From Gammaproteobacteria bacterium (GTDB taxonomy: Bacteria; Pseudomonadota; Gammaproteobacteria; UBA1113), in contig JAJNBM010000001.1 of NCBI GenBank assembly GCA_021156165.1, positions 8,577-72,576 of the forward strand: a stretch of DNA of 64,000 bases, read 5' to 3'. The notes under the pieces are model-generated. The model worked only from the letters and a program-made list of their open reading frames with translations, was not told where the DNA came from and ran no database searches. How positions within the stretch are numbered: position 1 is the stretch's first letter; each line of letters begins with the position of its first letter. Below are positions 30,091-38,836 of the stretch, one piece after another. The translations under genes were made by a program, and so were the position numbers.

Positions 30091-33000
30091 ATGGAATTAG
30101 AAACAAAAGATGTAAAACAAGCTTATCTTTATTTAAAAAGCTATACCTACCAAGAAAATTTGAACTTATTTTTAAAGCAGAGAGTTGCAAAGTTTGAATG
30201 CGAATCATTTGATAGTAGCATTGAAAAAATTGTTCAAGTGCTTAAGTCTGAAGCCCCTCTAGACACAGAAGCTTTTAAGAAATGGTTATCAGAAATTGAC
30301 TATCATTTAATTCCTAAAACGGTTATCCGTCCAGAAGAGGAAACTCAGGGGAAGGGCGCCGATAGTAAAAAAGAAGGATTATTATATATTAGCAACGTTA
30401 AAACATCAAAAGAATATAAAATAAAGGCTAACTATTTTATTAATGCGCCTGTAGAGCTTCATATTATTGATGTGCTATGGTGCTTAGTTGTTGGTGCAGT
30501 TTTAGAGGATGATTTAACTAGAGATTGTTATGGTAATCGGATGCACGAACCTGCAAAAAAATTTAAGAATCCTAGTAGACCGAATCAAACACAATTATTT
30601 AAATATTATATTGATCAATATAATGAATGGCGTGATAAAGCAATCAATACAGCAATAGAACTATCAAAAAGCAAAGAAGATGTTGCTGTATTATCTTTAG
30701 ATTTAAAGTCTTACTTTTATCATATTGATTTGGATTTTAATTTAATAACAGATCGCATAGAAAGATCTAACAAAGGTGAATGGCGAGACTGTGCATTAAT
30801 GCTCACTAGGCTACTGGAAAAAATTTTTTCCAAGTATAGCTATAGAATTAGACCATTCTTAACGTTTACACATAATGACTGTAAAGATAAGCGAAGTTTG
30901 CCTATAGGATTTACTTCTTCTTCTATATTAGCTAACTGGTATTTAGTAGCATTTGATAAAGCTATTTCTGATGATGTTAGACCTGTTTATTATGGACGCT
31001 ATGTTGATGATATTTTAATGGTCTTTAAGCGTCCTAAAGTTAGTGCTTTTAATGAAATAGCAAGTTTTATAGAACATTATTTCCCCAACCTACTCAACAA
31101 GGGAACAAAAGAAGGGCTATATACTACTGTAATAGAAAAGAATGAATTGCCTATTCAAGAAGAAAAAATTATCTTTCAATATTTTAATAAAGAGCACAGC
31201 CCCGCTGGGCTAGAAGTTTTTAAACAGGAATTAGAAGAAAATAGCAGCGCATTTAAATTTCTACCTACTGATCATATTGATAAAGATCTAAACAAATTTG
31301 CCTATGACATTCTATATGATGGCTCCGCTAATAAATTTCGTAGTGTTATAGGGTTGGCAGAAAATGAGGCTGAACTATCAAAATATTTAACTAACCATAT
31401 TATTGCGCATCGTCTTTGTAAATCCAGTAGGAATGATAGCATATTACAGGATTTATCTCTATTTTTCAAAGGCAAAAATGCCTTAAGATTTAGCCGTATA
31501 TGGGAAAAAGTTTATCAATATGCTGTTGTTATAGGCGATAATAATTTTATTATAAAGTTTTTTGAAGATCTAGAGAATGAGATTGAAAAAGTATATGTCG
31601 TTAATGTATCTGCAATGGAGCACAGCGATGACGATAAAGAAAAACAGTATAAATTAACAGAAAAATTAAAGGAAGATTTACAATTATATAACCAGCTGTC
31701 CTTAGCACTTACGATGGCGCTTTTAGGCACAACAATAGAAGATATATCTTTATTTAGGAGTATGTCAAATATAAAAAATCAAGAAAAATTAAAAATGCTT
31801 ATCAAGAAATTAAATCCTGATTTAAACTATTTCAGAAGATCCAATTTGATCCGAGACAAATTAGTTGCATGGCCTTTAGCAAATTATAGTGATTTTAAAG
31901 GAGACCTGACAAAAGAAGAGTCAATTGCACATCCATGTCATAAAAAGTTAGATCCAAAAAAATTAGAATTAACCCCTCGTTTTATCCACTTCGATGAATG
32001 GCAAATATTTCATTTGCTGAATACATTAAGTAATGAAGAAGACTTAATGAAATCTCAACAGGATTCACTTAAAAAATATAAAAAGCGTTGCTTTGGAGAA
32101 ATCTTTCCTGTTAGCTATTCCGAAAAGTATGACTTTTGTTCAATGTCAGATTTGCAGGATGAAGAAAGTATAGAGAGTGGGAAAATCTATATAGATGTTG
32201 AGAAGAAAGCTTATAAAGTTCTTGACTTATCTAATGTAGTACAATCTGGTTCATTACAAAACATATTTTTGTCAGAGAATCTGTTTGACCCTAAGCTTAA
32301 TGAAGGAATCTTAGAATCCATATCAAAAGCAGGTCATGTTCAATGGGAGCCTGATAAATCAGTAGCAATTGAGACAAGAATAGTAACTATTGGAGAAAAG
32401 CCAAAAACCTCAGCATTACGTATAGCCTTGGCTAATTTACGTATCAATGAGAAGGACATAGAAAATGCAATCAGAAATGACCAAAAGCCGAACATTAGCT
32501 TTAAACGTCAAAAAAATCTCTATCAGATATTGAATGATGCAGTTAGAGAAGGAGTTCATCTACTTCTTATGCCAGAAGTTTCTATTCCAGTTAGCTGGTT
32601 GCCATTTATGGTAGCACATGCGCGTAGGCATCAATTGGCAATAATATTTGGGCTAGAACATTGGGTTATAGGTGAAAATGTTTATAACCTTTTAATAGAA
32701 GCTTTGCCTTTTAAAATATCGGGAAAATATAAATCCTGTGCTATGTTAGCACGGCTTAAAAATCATTATGCGCCAGAAGAGATATCGGCTATTAGATCGT
32801 TGCGTTTAAAGCCAGCTAACAATAACAAAAAAAAATTACCTAAACCCTATTACCACAAGGTAAAGTGGAATGGTATTAGTTTTGCAACTTATAATTGTTT
32901 TGAGCTTTCAGATATAGAGCATAGGACGCTTTTTAAGTCTAAAATTGATATTCTTTTTGCCTGTGTATGGAATAAAGATACAAATTACTATGAGCATATA

Positions 33001-33264
33001 CTTGAATCAGCGGTAAGAGACCTGCATTGTTATGTTGTCCAATCTAATACGGCCCAATATGGTGGGTCATGTGTCCTAAAGCCTGCCAAAACTGAGCATA
33101 AGACTATGCTTTACGTAAAAGGAGGCAATAATACCTGCATTTTAACTGTAGATCTAGATATTGAGGCTTTAAGAAAATTCCAATATCAATCAGAACCTAA
33201 TGAGAAAGATGAGTTTAAACATTTGCCGCCAGGATTCAACTCTAAGGAGGTCTTAGATAGGTGA
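30091..33264 (+). CDS. reverse transcriptase fused to C-terminal nitrilase (carbon-nitrogen hydrolase) domain; UG/Abi class 1, DRT1-like defence RT
   Basis: RT motif A VLSLDLKSYFYHIDLD (30691..30720), motif B-like FTSSSILANWYL, motif C YYGRYVDDILMV (YVDD at 31000..31011); long helical middle region; nitrilase triad LLLMPE (Glu codon 32575..32577), YYHKVKW (32857..32865), TYNCFELSD (Cys codon 32897..32899); AT-rich relative to flanks. Confidence 0.8.
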   Translation: MELETKDVKQAYLYLKSYTYQENLNLFLKQRVAKFECESFDSSIEKIVQVLKSEAPLDTEAFKKWLSEIDYHLIPKTVIRPEEETQGKGADSKKEGLLYISNVKTSKEYKIKANYFINAPVELHIIDVLWCLVVGAVLEDDLTRDCYGNRMHEPAKKFKNPSRPNQTQLFKYYIDQYNEWRDKAINTAIELSKSKEDVAVLSLDLKSYFYHIDLDFNLITDRIERSNKGEWRDCALMLTRLLEKIFSKYSYRIRPFLTFTHNDCKDKRSLPIGFTSSSILANWYLVAFDKAISDDVRPVYYGRYVDDILMVFKRPKVSAFNEIASFIEHYFPNLLNKGTKEGLYTTVIEKNELPIQEEKIIFQYFNKEHSPAGLEVFKQELEENSSAFKFLPTDHIDKDLNKFAYDILYDGSANKFRSVIGLAENEAELSKYLTNHIIAHRLCKSSRNDSILQDLSLFFKGKNALRFSRIWEKVYQYAVVIGDNNFIIKFFEDLENEIEKVYVVNVSAMEHSDDDKEKQYKLTEKLKEDLQLYNQLSLALTMALLGTTIEDISLFRSMSNIKNQEKLKMLIKKLNPDLNYFRRSNLIRDKLVAWPLANYSDFKGDLTKEESIAHPCHKKLDPKKLELTPRFIHFDEWQIFHLLNTLSNEEDLMKSQQDSLKKYKKRCFGEIFPVSYSEKYDFCSMSDLQDEESIESGKIYIDVEKKAYKVLDLSNVVQSGSLQNIFLSENLFDPKLNEGILESISKAGHVQWEPDKSVAIETRIVTIGEKPKTSALRIALANLRINEKDIENAIRNDQKPNISFKRQKNLYQILNDAVREGVHLLLMPEVSIPVSWLPFMVAHARRHQLAIIFGLEHWVIGENVYNLLIEALPFKISGKYKSCAMLARLKNHYAPEEISAIRSLRLKPANNNKKKLPKPYYHKVKWNGISFATYNCFELSDIEHRTLFKSKIDILFACVWNKDTNYYEHILESAVRDLHCYVVQSNTAQYGGSCVLKPAKTEHKTMLYVKGGNNTCILTVDLDIEALRKFQYQSEPNEKDEFKHLPPGFNSKEVLDR

Positions 33265-33946
33265 GAACATTTCCTTATACAATAATCGATCTCACGCACA
33301 CTCTAGACGAAAACATCCCTTCGTGGAATGGTGACTGCGGATTTCAGTGTCAAATTACTTGGGATTATTCTGATTGTACTACAGGGCCAAAATTCCGCAC
33401 ACAGGAGTTGATTATGCGAGCAGGAATGGGCACGCATATGGATGCGTCAGCGCACTGCATTCCCGGAGCGGCTAGCATTGAACGAATCCCCTTGTCGCAG
33501 TTGTGCGCGCCTGGCGTTGTGATTGATGTTTCAGCAGCGTGTCATGAACGTTATAGTGTATCGACACAAGATATAGCGCAATTTGAAAATGAATACGGCG
33601 CTATTGCCAGCGGTACTTTTGTGATGGTCAAAACAGGCTGGGAGCGTTTTTGGCATACTCCAAAAAAATACCATAATAACCATCTTTTTCCTTCTATATC
33701 TATAGAAGCCGCTGAGTTGCTGATAAATAGAGGCGTCTGTGGATTGGTATAGATACTTTATCTCCGGATCGGCCCGAAAATGGCTTCCCAGTTCATCAAT
33801 TATTTTTGGGAAAAGAAAAATACCTGGTTGAAAATGCGGCTCATTTGGATGATTTGCCTGCACAAGGAAGCTGGATTTTAGTATTGCCTATGAAAATAAA
33901 AGATGCAACAGAAGCACCTATTAGATTGATAGCTTTGGTGGAGTAG
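33261..33946 (+). pseudogene. cyclase-family (kynurenine formamidase-like) gene disrupted by a frameshift near 33745
   Basis: frame 1 encodes the HxGTHxDxPxH cyclase motif (GMGTHMDASAHC) and stops at 33752; the C-terminal part (GIDTLSPDRPENGFPVHQLFLGKE...IRLIALVE*) continues in another frame to 33946. Confidence 0.6.
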
Positions 33947-33955
33947 CGCTATAAA

Positions 33956-34294
33956 ATGACAATCATTAGTTACGAAGAATTTGACAAAGTTGATTTACGC
34001 TGCGGCACAGTCGTAAAAGTTGAAGCATTTCCCAAAGCGAGAAAACCTGCTTTTAAAGTTTGGGCTAATTTTGGCGCAGAGATAGGTGTTTTGCAAACGT
34101 CGGCGCAAGTGACAGTTCATTATACGCTTGAGAGTTTATTAGGCCGAAAAATTGTAGGCTGTGTCAACTTAGGAGAAAAGAATATTGCCGGATTTATCTC
34201 GCAGTTTCTTCTGTTGGGATTTGCGGATGAAGCGGGGGATATATTACTAACCGCGGTGGATCCTAAAGTTCCTAATGGGCGAAAGATGCATTAA
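33956..34294 (+). CDS. tRNA-binding domain protein (CsaA/YgjH, Myf domain)
   Basis: FDKVDLRCGTVVKVEAFPKARKPAFKVWANFG...VGCVNLGEKNIAGF is typical of the OB-fold tRNA-binding domain. Confidence 0.8.
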   Translation: MTIISYEEFDKVDLRCGTVVKVEAFPKARKPAFKVWANFGAEIGVLQTSAQVTVHYTLESLLGRKIVGCVNLGEKNIAGFISQFLLLGFADEAGDILLTAVDPKVPNGRKMH

Positions 34295-35499
34295 TTTGCA
34301 TCTAAAACCACATCCTTCTTTCCCAAAGCCATTTTCTGATACGGAAAAACCAACAAAACGGCCAAGCCTCCAAAAAGGGTTAACACAATTGCAAGTGGCA
34401 TATTGGAAGTAACGGGACGTAGCAATGCGACTGTACCCACTAATGTGGCCAGTAAAAATTCGGATGCACCTAGCAATGCAGCGGCAGTACCGGCAATGTC
34501 GGGGAAGGGTTCTAGCGCGCCCCCTGCGCCTGCACCCATCATAAAAGCACCCCCTATGCCTGCCAAAGCCGTGGGTACGAGAAAACTCCATAAACTAGTA
34601 CCTATGAATACAGTCCACAGCAACATGATAACACCGCTTAGAAAAAACAAGGCACTGCCTAATAAAGCTACTTGGGTGATGCCTAAGATAATATGCAATC
34701 TGCCTGCCACAATACTACCTATAAAGAACATAATACCGATGATTGCAAAATAATAGCCAAAATGGGTTTCGGATACATGCAAAGTATTAATTAAAACGTA
34801 GGGTGAGACGGAGAAGAAAGTAAAGAAAGAAGCCACGGCGCTGGCTGCTATAAAATTACAGGTAAAAAATTGTCTGTTTTTAATAACGCGCAGGTAATCT
34901 TTAAAACTACCCTCTAAGGAGGCATTTTTATTCTTCTCTTTGATGGTTTCGGATAAGCAGAGAGCAATAGCGATAAAAATGGCGACACCTAAGATCCCCA
35001 AAAAGAAAAAGGGCGCGCGCCAGCCAAATGAAACATCTAAGTAACCGCCAGCTAGAGGGGCTAAGAGGGGTGAAATAGCAATAGCCCCATTTAAATAGCT
35101 GTAGATTTGTGCCGATTCATTACCCTCAGATAAATCGCGCACGATAGCAAAAGCGCATACCATCATCCCGCAAGCGCCAAAGCCTTGTAAGATACGGGTA
35201 AAGATCAAGATATCTATGGATTCTGTTAAAACTGCGGCAATCGAGCCGAGCGTATATAATGCAATACTAAGTAAGACGATGCTCTTACGGCCAAAGCGAT
35301 CAGATAAAGGCCCGATAATGAGTTGTCCTACCCCTACGGCCAGCATGAATAAACTTAAGGTCAGTTGCACTAACCCGGGCGTAGTGTGAAATAGGCCAGT
35401 GAGTTTGGGTACCTCGGGAATAAAAATATCCTGCCCTACCGCAAAGCTAAACACTAAAGGGGCGAGTAAGAACACAAGTTTTAACGGCGTATATTTCAT
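34291..35499 (-). CDS. MFS transporter (Bcr/CflA drug-resistance type)
   Basis: 402 aa, 12 predicted TM helices, MFS motif GPLSDRFGRK. Confidence 0.85.
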   Translation of the reverse strand: MKYTPLKLVFLLAPLVFSFAVGQDIFIPEVPKLTGLFHTTPGLVQLTLSLFMLAVGVGQLIIGPLSDRFGRKSIVLLSIALYTLGSIAAVLTESIDILIFTRILQGFGACGMMVCAFAIVRDLSEGNESAQIYSYLNGAIAISPLLAPLAGGYLDVSFGWRAPFFFLGILGVAIFIAIALCLSETIKEKNKNASLEGSFKDYLRVIKNRQFFTCNFIAASAVASFFTFFSVSPYVLINTLHVSETHFGYYFAIIGIMFFIGSIVAGRLHIILGITQVALLGSALFFLSGVIMLLWTVFIGTSLWSFLVPTALAGIGGAFMMGAGAGGALEPFPDIAGTAAALLGASEFLLATLVGTVALLRPVTSNMPLAIVLTLFGGLAVLLVFPYQKMALGKKDVVLDAN

Positions 35500-35770
35500 A
35501 GAGCAGCTCTATCAATGAAGATCTAAGGGTGGTTATCGTAGCAATAATTTTCTAGAAATACAATTTCCCACAAAGGGTTCAATAAATAGACAGATTGATA
35601 AATTTTAGCTGCTCTCAAAGGTGGCGTTTTTATTATAAACAGAATCAAAAACTTATTTATTAAGGTAAACTGAACATCAGATAAAAGTTAGCTCAAAATA
35701 AAAGGGAAGCCCTAAAAGCGTGCTATCCTTATGATTATCATAAAGACTTTTTAACCTAAGGGGATGTACC

Positions 35771-36340
35771 ATGAAACTACCAGTCAAATCAGTATTACTG
35801 ATGTGCGGTGCAATATTAACGGGTTGTACGATGATGACGGACGATTCATCTTTCAGTCAAGCGGTGCCTGCGATTAACGTCAATCAAGAAACGACGATGC
35901 AATCGGTAGCGCCAGAAACAACGTATCATTTTCCTACTACCCGGCAGCCTACAGGTAGTAAAACTATCATCGTTGATCCGAATGAACACGCTTGGGGTGC
36001 TTATGACGCGGATGGTTATCTGGTGGCAGAAGGGCCAGCATCAACGGGTAAAGGTTATTGCCCCGATCTAGGCAGGGCTTGTAAGACACCCGCAGGCAGC
36101 TTTATGGTCTATCGTAAAGGGGGAGCAGAGTGTAAATCGAGTATATTCCCTATCCCTGAAGGGGGAGCCCCAATGCCTTATTGCATGTTTTTTAATGGGG
36201 GTTATGCGTTACATGGCTCAGATTTTGTACCTAATTACAATGCCAGCCATGGGTGTGTACGCTTACGCCCTAGTGACGCACAATGGTTAAGCGATAACTT
36301 TGTGACAGTAGGGACTAAGGTACAGATATTGCCTTATTAA
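35771..36340 (+). CDS. L,D-transpeptidase (YkuD) domain lipoprotein
   Basis: lipoprotein signal LLMCGAILTGC and catalytic HGS...SHGCVRL motif. Confidence 0.8.
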   Translation: MKLPVKSVLLMCGAILTGCTMMTDDSSFSQAVPAINVNQETTMQSVAPETTYHFPTTRQPTGSKTIIVDPNEHAWGAYDADGYLVAEGPASTGKGYCPDLGRACKTPAGSFMVYRKGGAECKSSIFPIPEGGAPMPYCMFFNGGYALHGSDFVPNYNASHGCVRLRPSDAQWLSDNFVTVGTKVQILPY

Positions 36341-36346
36341 ACATGA

Positions 36347-36375
36347 TAAGATACCCCTGTCTATCTAGCAGGGGT
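36347..36375 (+). terminator. hairpin CCCCTG-N8-CAGGGG followed by TTCTT downstream of the L,D-transpeptidase gene
   Basis: inverted repeat read directly. Confidence 0.35.
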
Positions 36376-36379
36376 TCTT

Positions 36380-37462
36380 ATGTCTGTATCCACTATTATC
36401 GCCAGTGTAAAACATGTATTAGCAGCCGCATTGGCTGTCAATAGCATCCCAGATGACTGGATACAAGTCGTTGAAAATAAAGAAAATCATTATACCATCA
36501 CCTTAAATTTACCCTTTATGCACGATAAGATCCATCTCCTGTGGCAACAAGCTATCCTCGACCATCTCTCTCAAGATAAGAGCTTAAAAATAAGGAGCAT
36601 AGAGTGGAAGTGGCAAGGACTGGTTGCTGCAATGGAGGCGCCGATAGGCGCTAAGACTATAGCTCAGGTCAAAAATATCATCGCCATCGCTTCGGGTAAG
36701 GGGGGGGTAGGGAAATCAACGGTAACCACGAATCTTGCCTTAGCGCTGGCTGCAGAAGGAGCACGGGTGGGCATTTTAGATGCCGATATTTATGGTCCCA
36801 ACCAACCCAATCTTTTGGGGATTAGCGACAAGCCGGCATTGCAGGGCAAAGCCTTAATCCCTATGCTTAAATACGATATACAATCTATGTCCATTGGTTA
36901 TTTATTAGACAGTGTACAAACACCTGTTATTTGGCGTGGGCCTATGGTCAGCGGCGCTCTTCAACAGCTATTATATGATACGCTCTGGCATGAATTGGAT
37001 TATCTGCTGATAGATATGCCGCCCGGTACGGGCGACATCCAACTGACTTTAGCACAGAAAATTCCCGTCTCAGGCGCCGTAATCGTGACTACGCCGCAAG
37101 ACCTGGCATTGTTAGATGTACAAAAAGCAGTGAATATGTTTAAGAAGGTTGCGATCCCTCTTTTAGGGGTAGTGGAAAATATGGCGTATTATCATTGTCC
37201 CCAGTGTAGTAATAAAGATGCGATTTTTGGTGAGGCGGGCGGCCAACGTATGGCGGAAATGTTTGAGTTGGATCTCTTAGGCGCGCTACCCTTAAATACC
37301 GCCATTCGTCGGGCCAGCGATGCAGGTGTGCCTTTGGTGATAACGGCACCCCAATCAGAGATCTCGCAACAGTACCACCAAATTGCCGTTAAAATGGCAG
37401 CGCGCTTAGCCTTACGAGCGGCACCCAAGAAACGGCGTTTTGCCAAAATTGTAGTGGAGTAA
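36380..37462 (+). CDS. apbC: iron-sulfur cluster carrier ATPase Mrp/ApbC
   Basis: P-loop IIAIASGKGGVGKSTVTTNLA, ParA/MinD-like core and CPxC-type motif YYHCPQCS. Confidence 0.9.
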   Translation: MSVSTIIASVKHVLAAALAVNSIPDDWIQVVENKENHYTITLNLPFMHDKIHLLWQQAILDHLSQDKSLKIRSIEWKWQGLVAAMEAPIGAKTIAQVKNIIAIASGKGGVGKSTVTTNLALALAAEGARVGILDADIYGPNQPNLLGISDKPALQGKALIPMLKYDIQSMSIGYLLDSVQTPVIWRGPMVSGALQQLLYDTLWHELDYLLIDMPPGTGDIQLTLAQKIPVSGAVIVTTPQDLALLDVQKAVNMFKKVAIPLLGVVENMAYYHCPQCSNKDAIFGEAGGQRMAEMFELDLLGALPLNTAIRRASDAGVPLVITAPQSEISQQYHQIAVKMAARLALRAAPKKRRFAKIVVE

Positions 37463-37650
37463 TGAAGATGGGTAGTGATTATTCCCCTATCTATGCGTAC
37501 CGTAAAGCACAGATTGAGATGCAGGTTGCGTGCAATTTGGACCTGAAAAAGCGGAGTTTATATTGGACATAAATGAGCATTTTCAGAGAAAAATTGCACG
37601 CAAGATGCGCCCAATGTGGGATTTTGTTGAAAAAGAGGAAAGTAATTATT

Positions 37651-38217
37651 ATGAGTATTAAATCGGATCGTTGGATTTTAGATATGAGCCAAACCCATGG
37701 CATGATAGAACCCTTCTGCAATGAACAAGTGCGCCGCGTTGATGGACGTACCATTATTTCTTACGGTACGTCCAGTTATGGTTATGATGTGCGTTGCGCT
37801 AGAGAATTTAAAATTTTCACCAATATTAATTCTAGCATGGTCGATCCTAAAGCCTTTGACGAAAACAGTTTCGTCGATATAGAAACCGATGTTTGCATTA
37901 TTCCGCCAAACTCATTCGCCTTAGCGCGTACGGTAGAATATTTTCGTATTCCCCGCGATGTGCTGTGCATTTGCCTAGGTAAATCGACTTACGCGCGTTG
38001 TGGACAAATCATCAATGTGACCCCACTTGAACCAGAATGGGAAGGGCATGTAACCCTAGAAATTTCCAATACCACGCCATTGCCTGCAAAAATCTATGCC
38101 AATGAAGGCATTGCGCAAATGATCTTTCTACAATCCGATGAAGCGTGTGCGGTGTCTTATGGCGATAGGAAAGGGAAATACCAGGGGCAAGTTGGCGTTA
38201 CTCTACCAAGGACTTAA
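37651..38217 (+). CDS. dcd: dCTP deaminase
   Basis: [12 protein letters not shown] start and overall length/sequence typical of Dcd; start moved to the internal ATG. Confidence 0.9.
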   Translation: MSIKSDRWILDMSQTHGMIEPFCNEQVRRVDGRTIISYGTSSYGYDVRCAREFKIFTNINSSMVDPKAFDENSFVDIETDVCIIPPNSFALARTVEYFRIPRDVLCICLGKSTYARCGQIINVTPLEPEWEGHVTLEISNTTPLPAKIYANEGIAQMIFLQSDEACAVSYGDRKGKYQGQVGVTLPRT

Positions 38218-38220
38218 TAT

Positions 38221-38835
38221 ATGATTAAAGAAAAATGCGCATGGTGGCAACGCTTTTCAGCGTACTTAGGGCAACGCATGTTGCGTTTTCCTATCAGCGC
38301 GAATACTTACACCTGGATAACGGTGCTCTTGGGTATTTTGGGTTATGTGTTTATTGCGCATTCGTATAGTATCACGGGGCTTATCTTTTTTATTTTAGCG
38401 GGTCTTTTTGATATTGTGGATGGCGCCGTGGCGCGTGCGGGTGAAAAGAGTAGCCATTATGGCGCTTTTCTGGATGGCAGCTTAGATCGCTTCGTGGATT
38501 TCTTTGTCATTTTTTCTTATTTTAAACTGGCGATTATTACACCCTATTGGTCTTTAGGGTCTTGGGTGGCGGTGGCAGTGTTCTGTGCTCTCATGCCGTC
38601 TTTTGAAGTCGCTTATGCCAATCATAGAAAAGCGGTGGATGATCCGAGCGAAACCAAAATTTGGCGTATCTTAAATCGTGGTGAGATGTATCCTTTAATG
38701 TTGTTGGTTATTCTCGTCAGTATTTTTCAACCGATTTGGGCTGGCTATGTATTGGCAGTGTGGGTAAGCCTTGCGGCGATTACCACGCTACAAACGCTGT
38801 ATTTGGCGCTGCATTTAGCCAAAAAGGCGCAATAA
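38221..38835 (+). CDS. CDP-alcohol phosphatidyltransferase family protein
   Basis: signature DIVDGAVARAGEKSSHYGAFLDGSLDRFVD (D-G-x2-A-R-x8-G-x3-D-x3-D), several TM helices. Confidence 0.7.
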   Translation: MIKEKCAWWQRFSAYLGQRMLRFPISANTYTWITVLLGILGYVFIAHSYSITGLIFFILAGLFDIVDGAVARAGEKSSHYGAFLDGSLDRFVDFFVIFSYFKLAIITPYWSLGSWVAVAVFCALMPSFEVAYANHRKAVDDPSETKIWRILNRGEMYPLMLLVILVSIFQPIWAGYVLAVWVSLAAITTLQTLYLALHLAKKAQ

Positions 38836-38836
38836 T

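Noticed and set aside
30091-33264. Group II intron or retron interpretation of the RT
   Set aside because: No maturase (X) or endonuclease domain, no intron domain V/VI-like RNA structure flanking the gene, and no msr/msd inverted repeats upstream. The C-terminal nitrilase triad instead points to the UG/Abi defence RT class.
34247-34753. ORFs 34247..34591 (-) and 34403..34753 (+)
   Set aside because: Overlap the 12-TM MFS transporter gene on the opposite strand or in another frame; GC-skew artefacts (Arg/Ala-rich).
37573-37650. N-terminal 26-aa extension of dcd ORF
   Set aside because: dCTP deaminases begin at MSIKSD...; the extension has no SD and lies in the apbC-dcd intergenic region.
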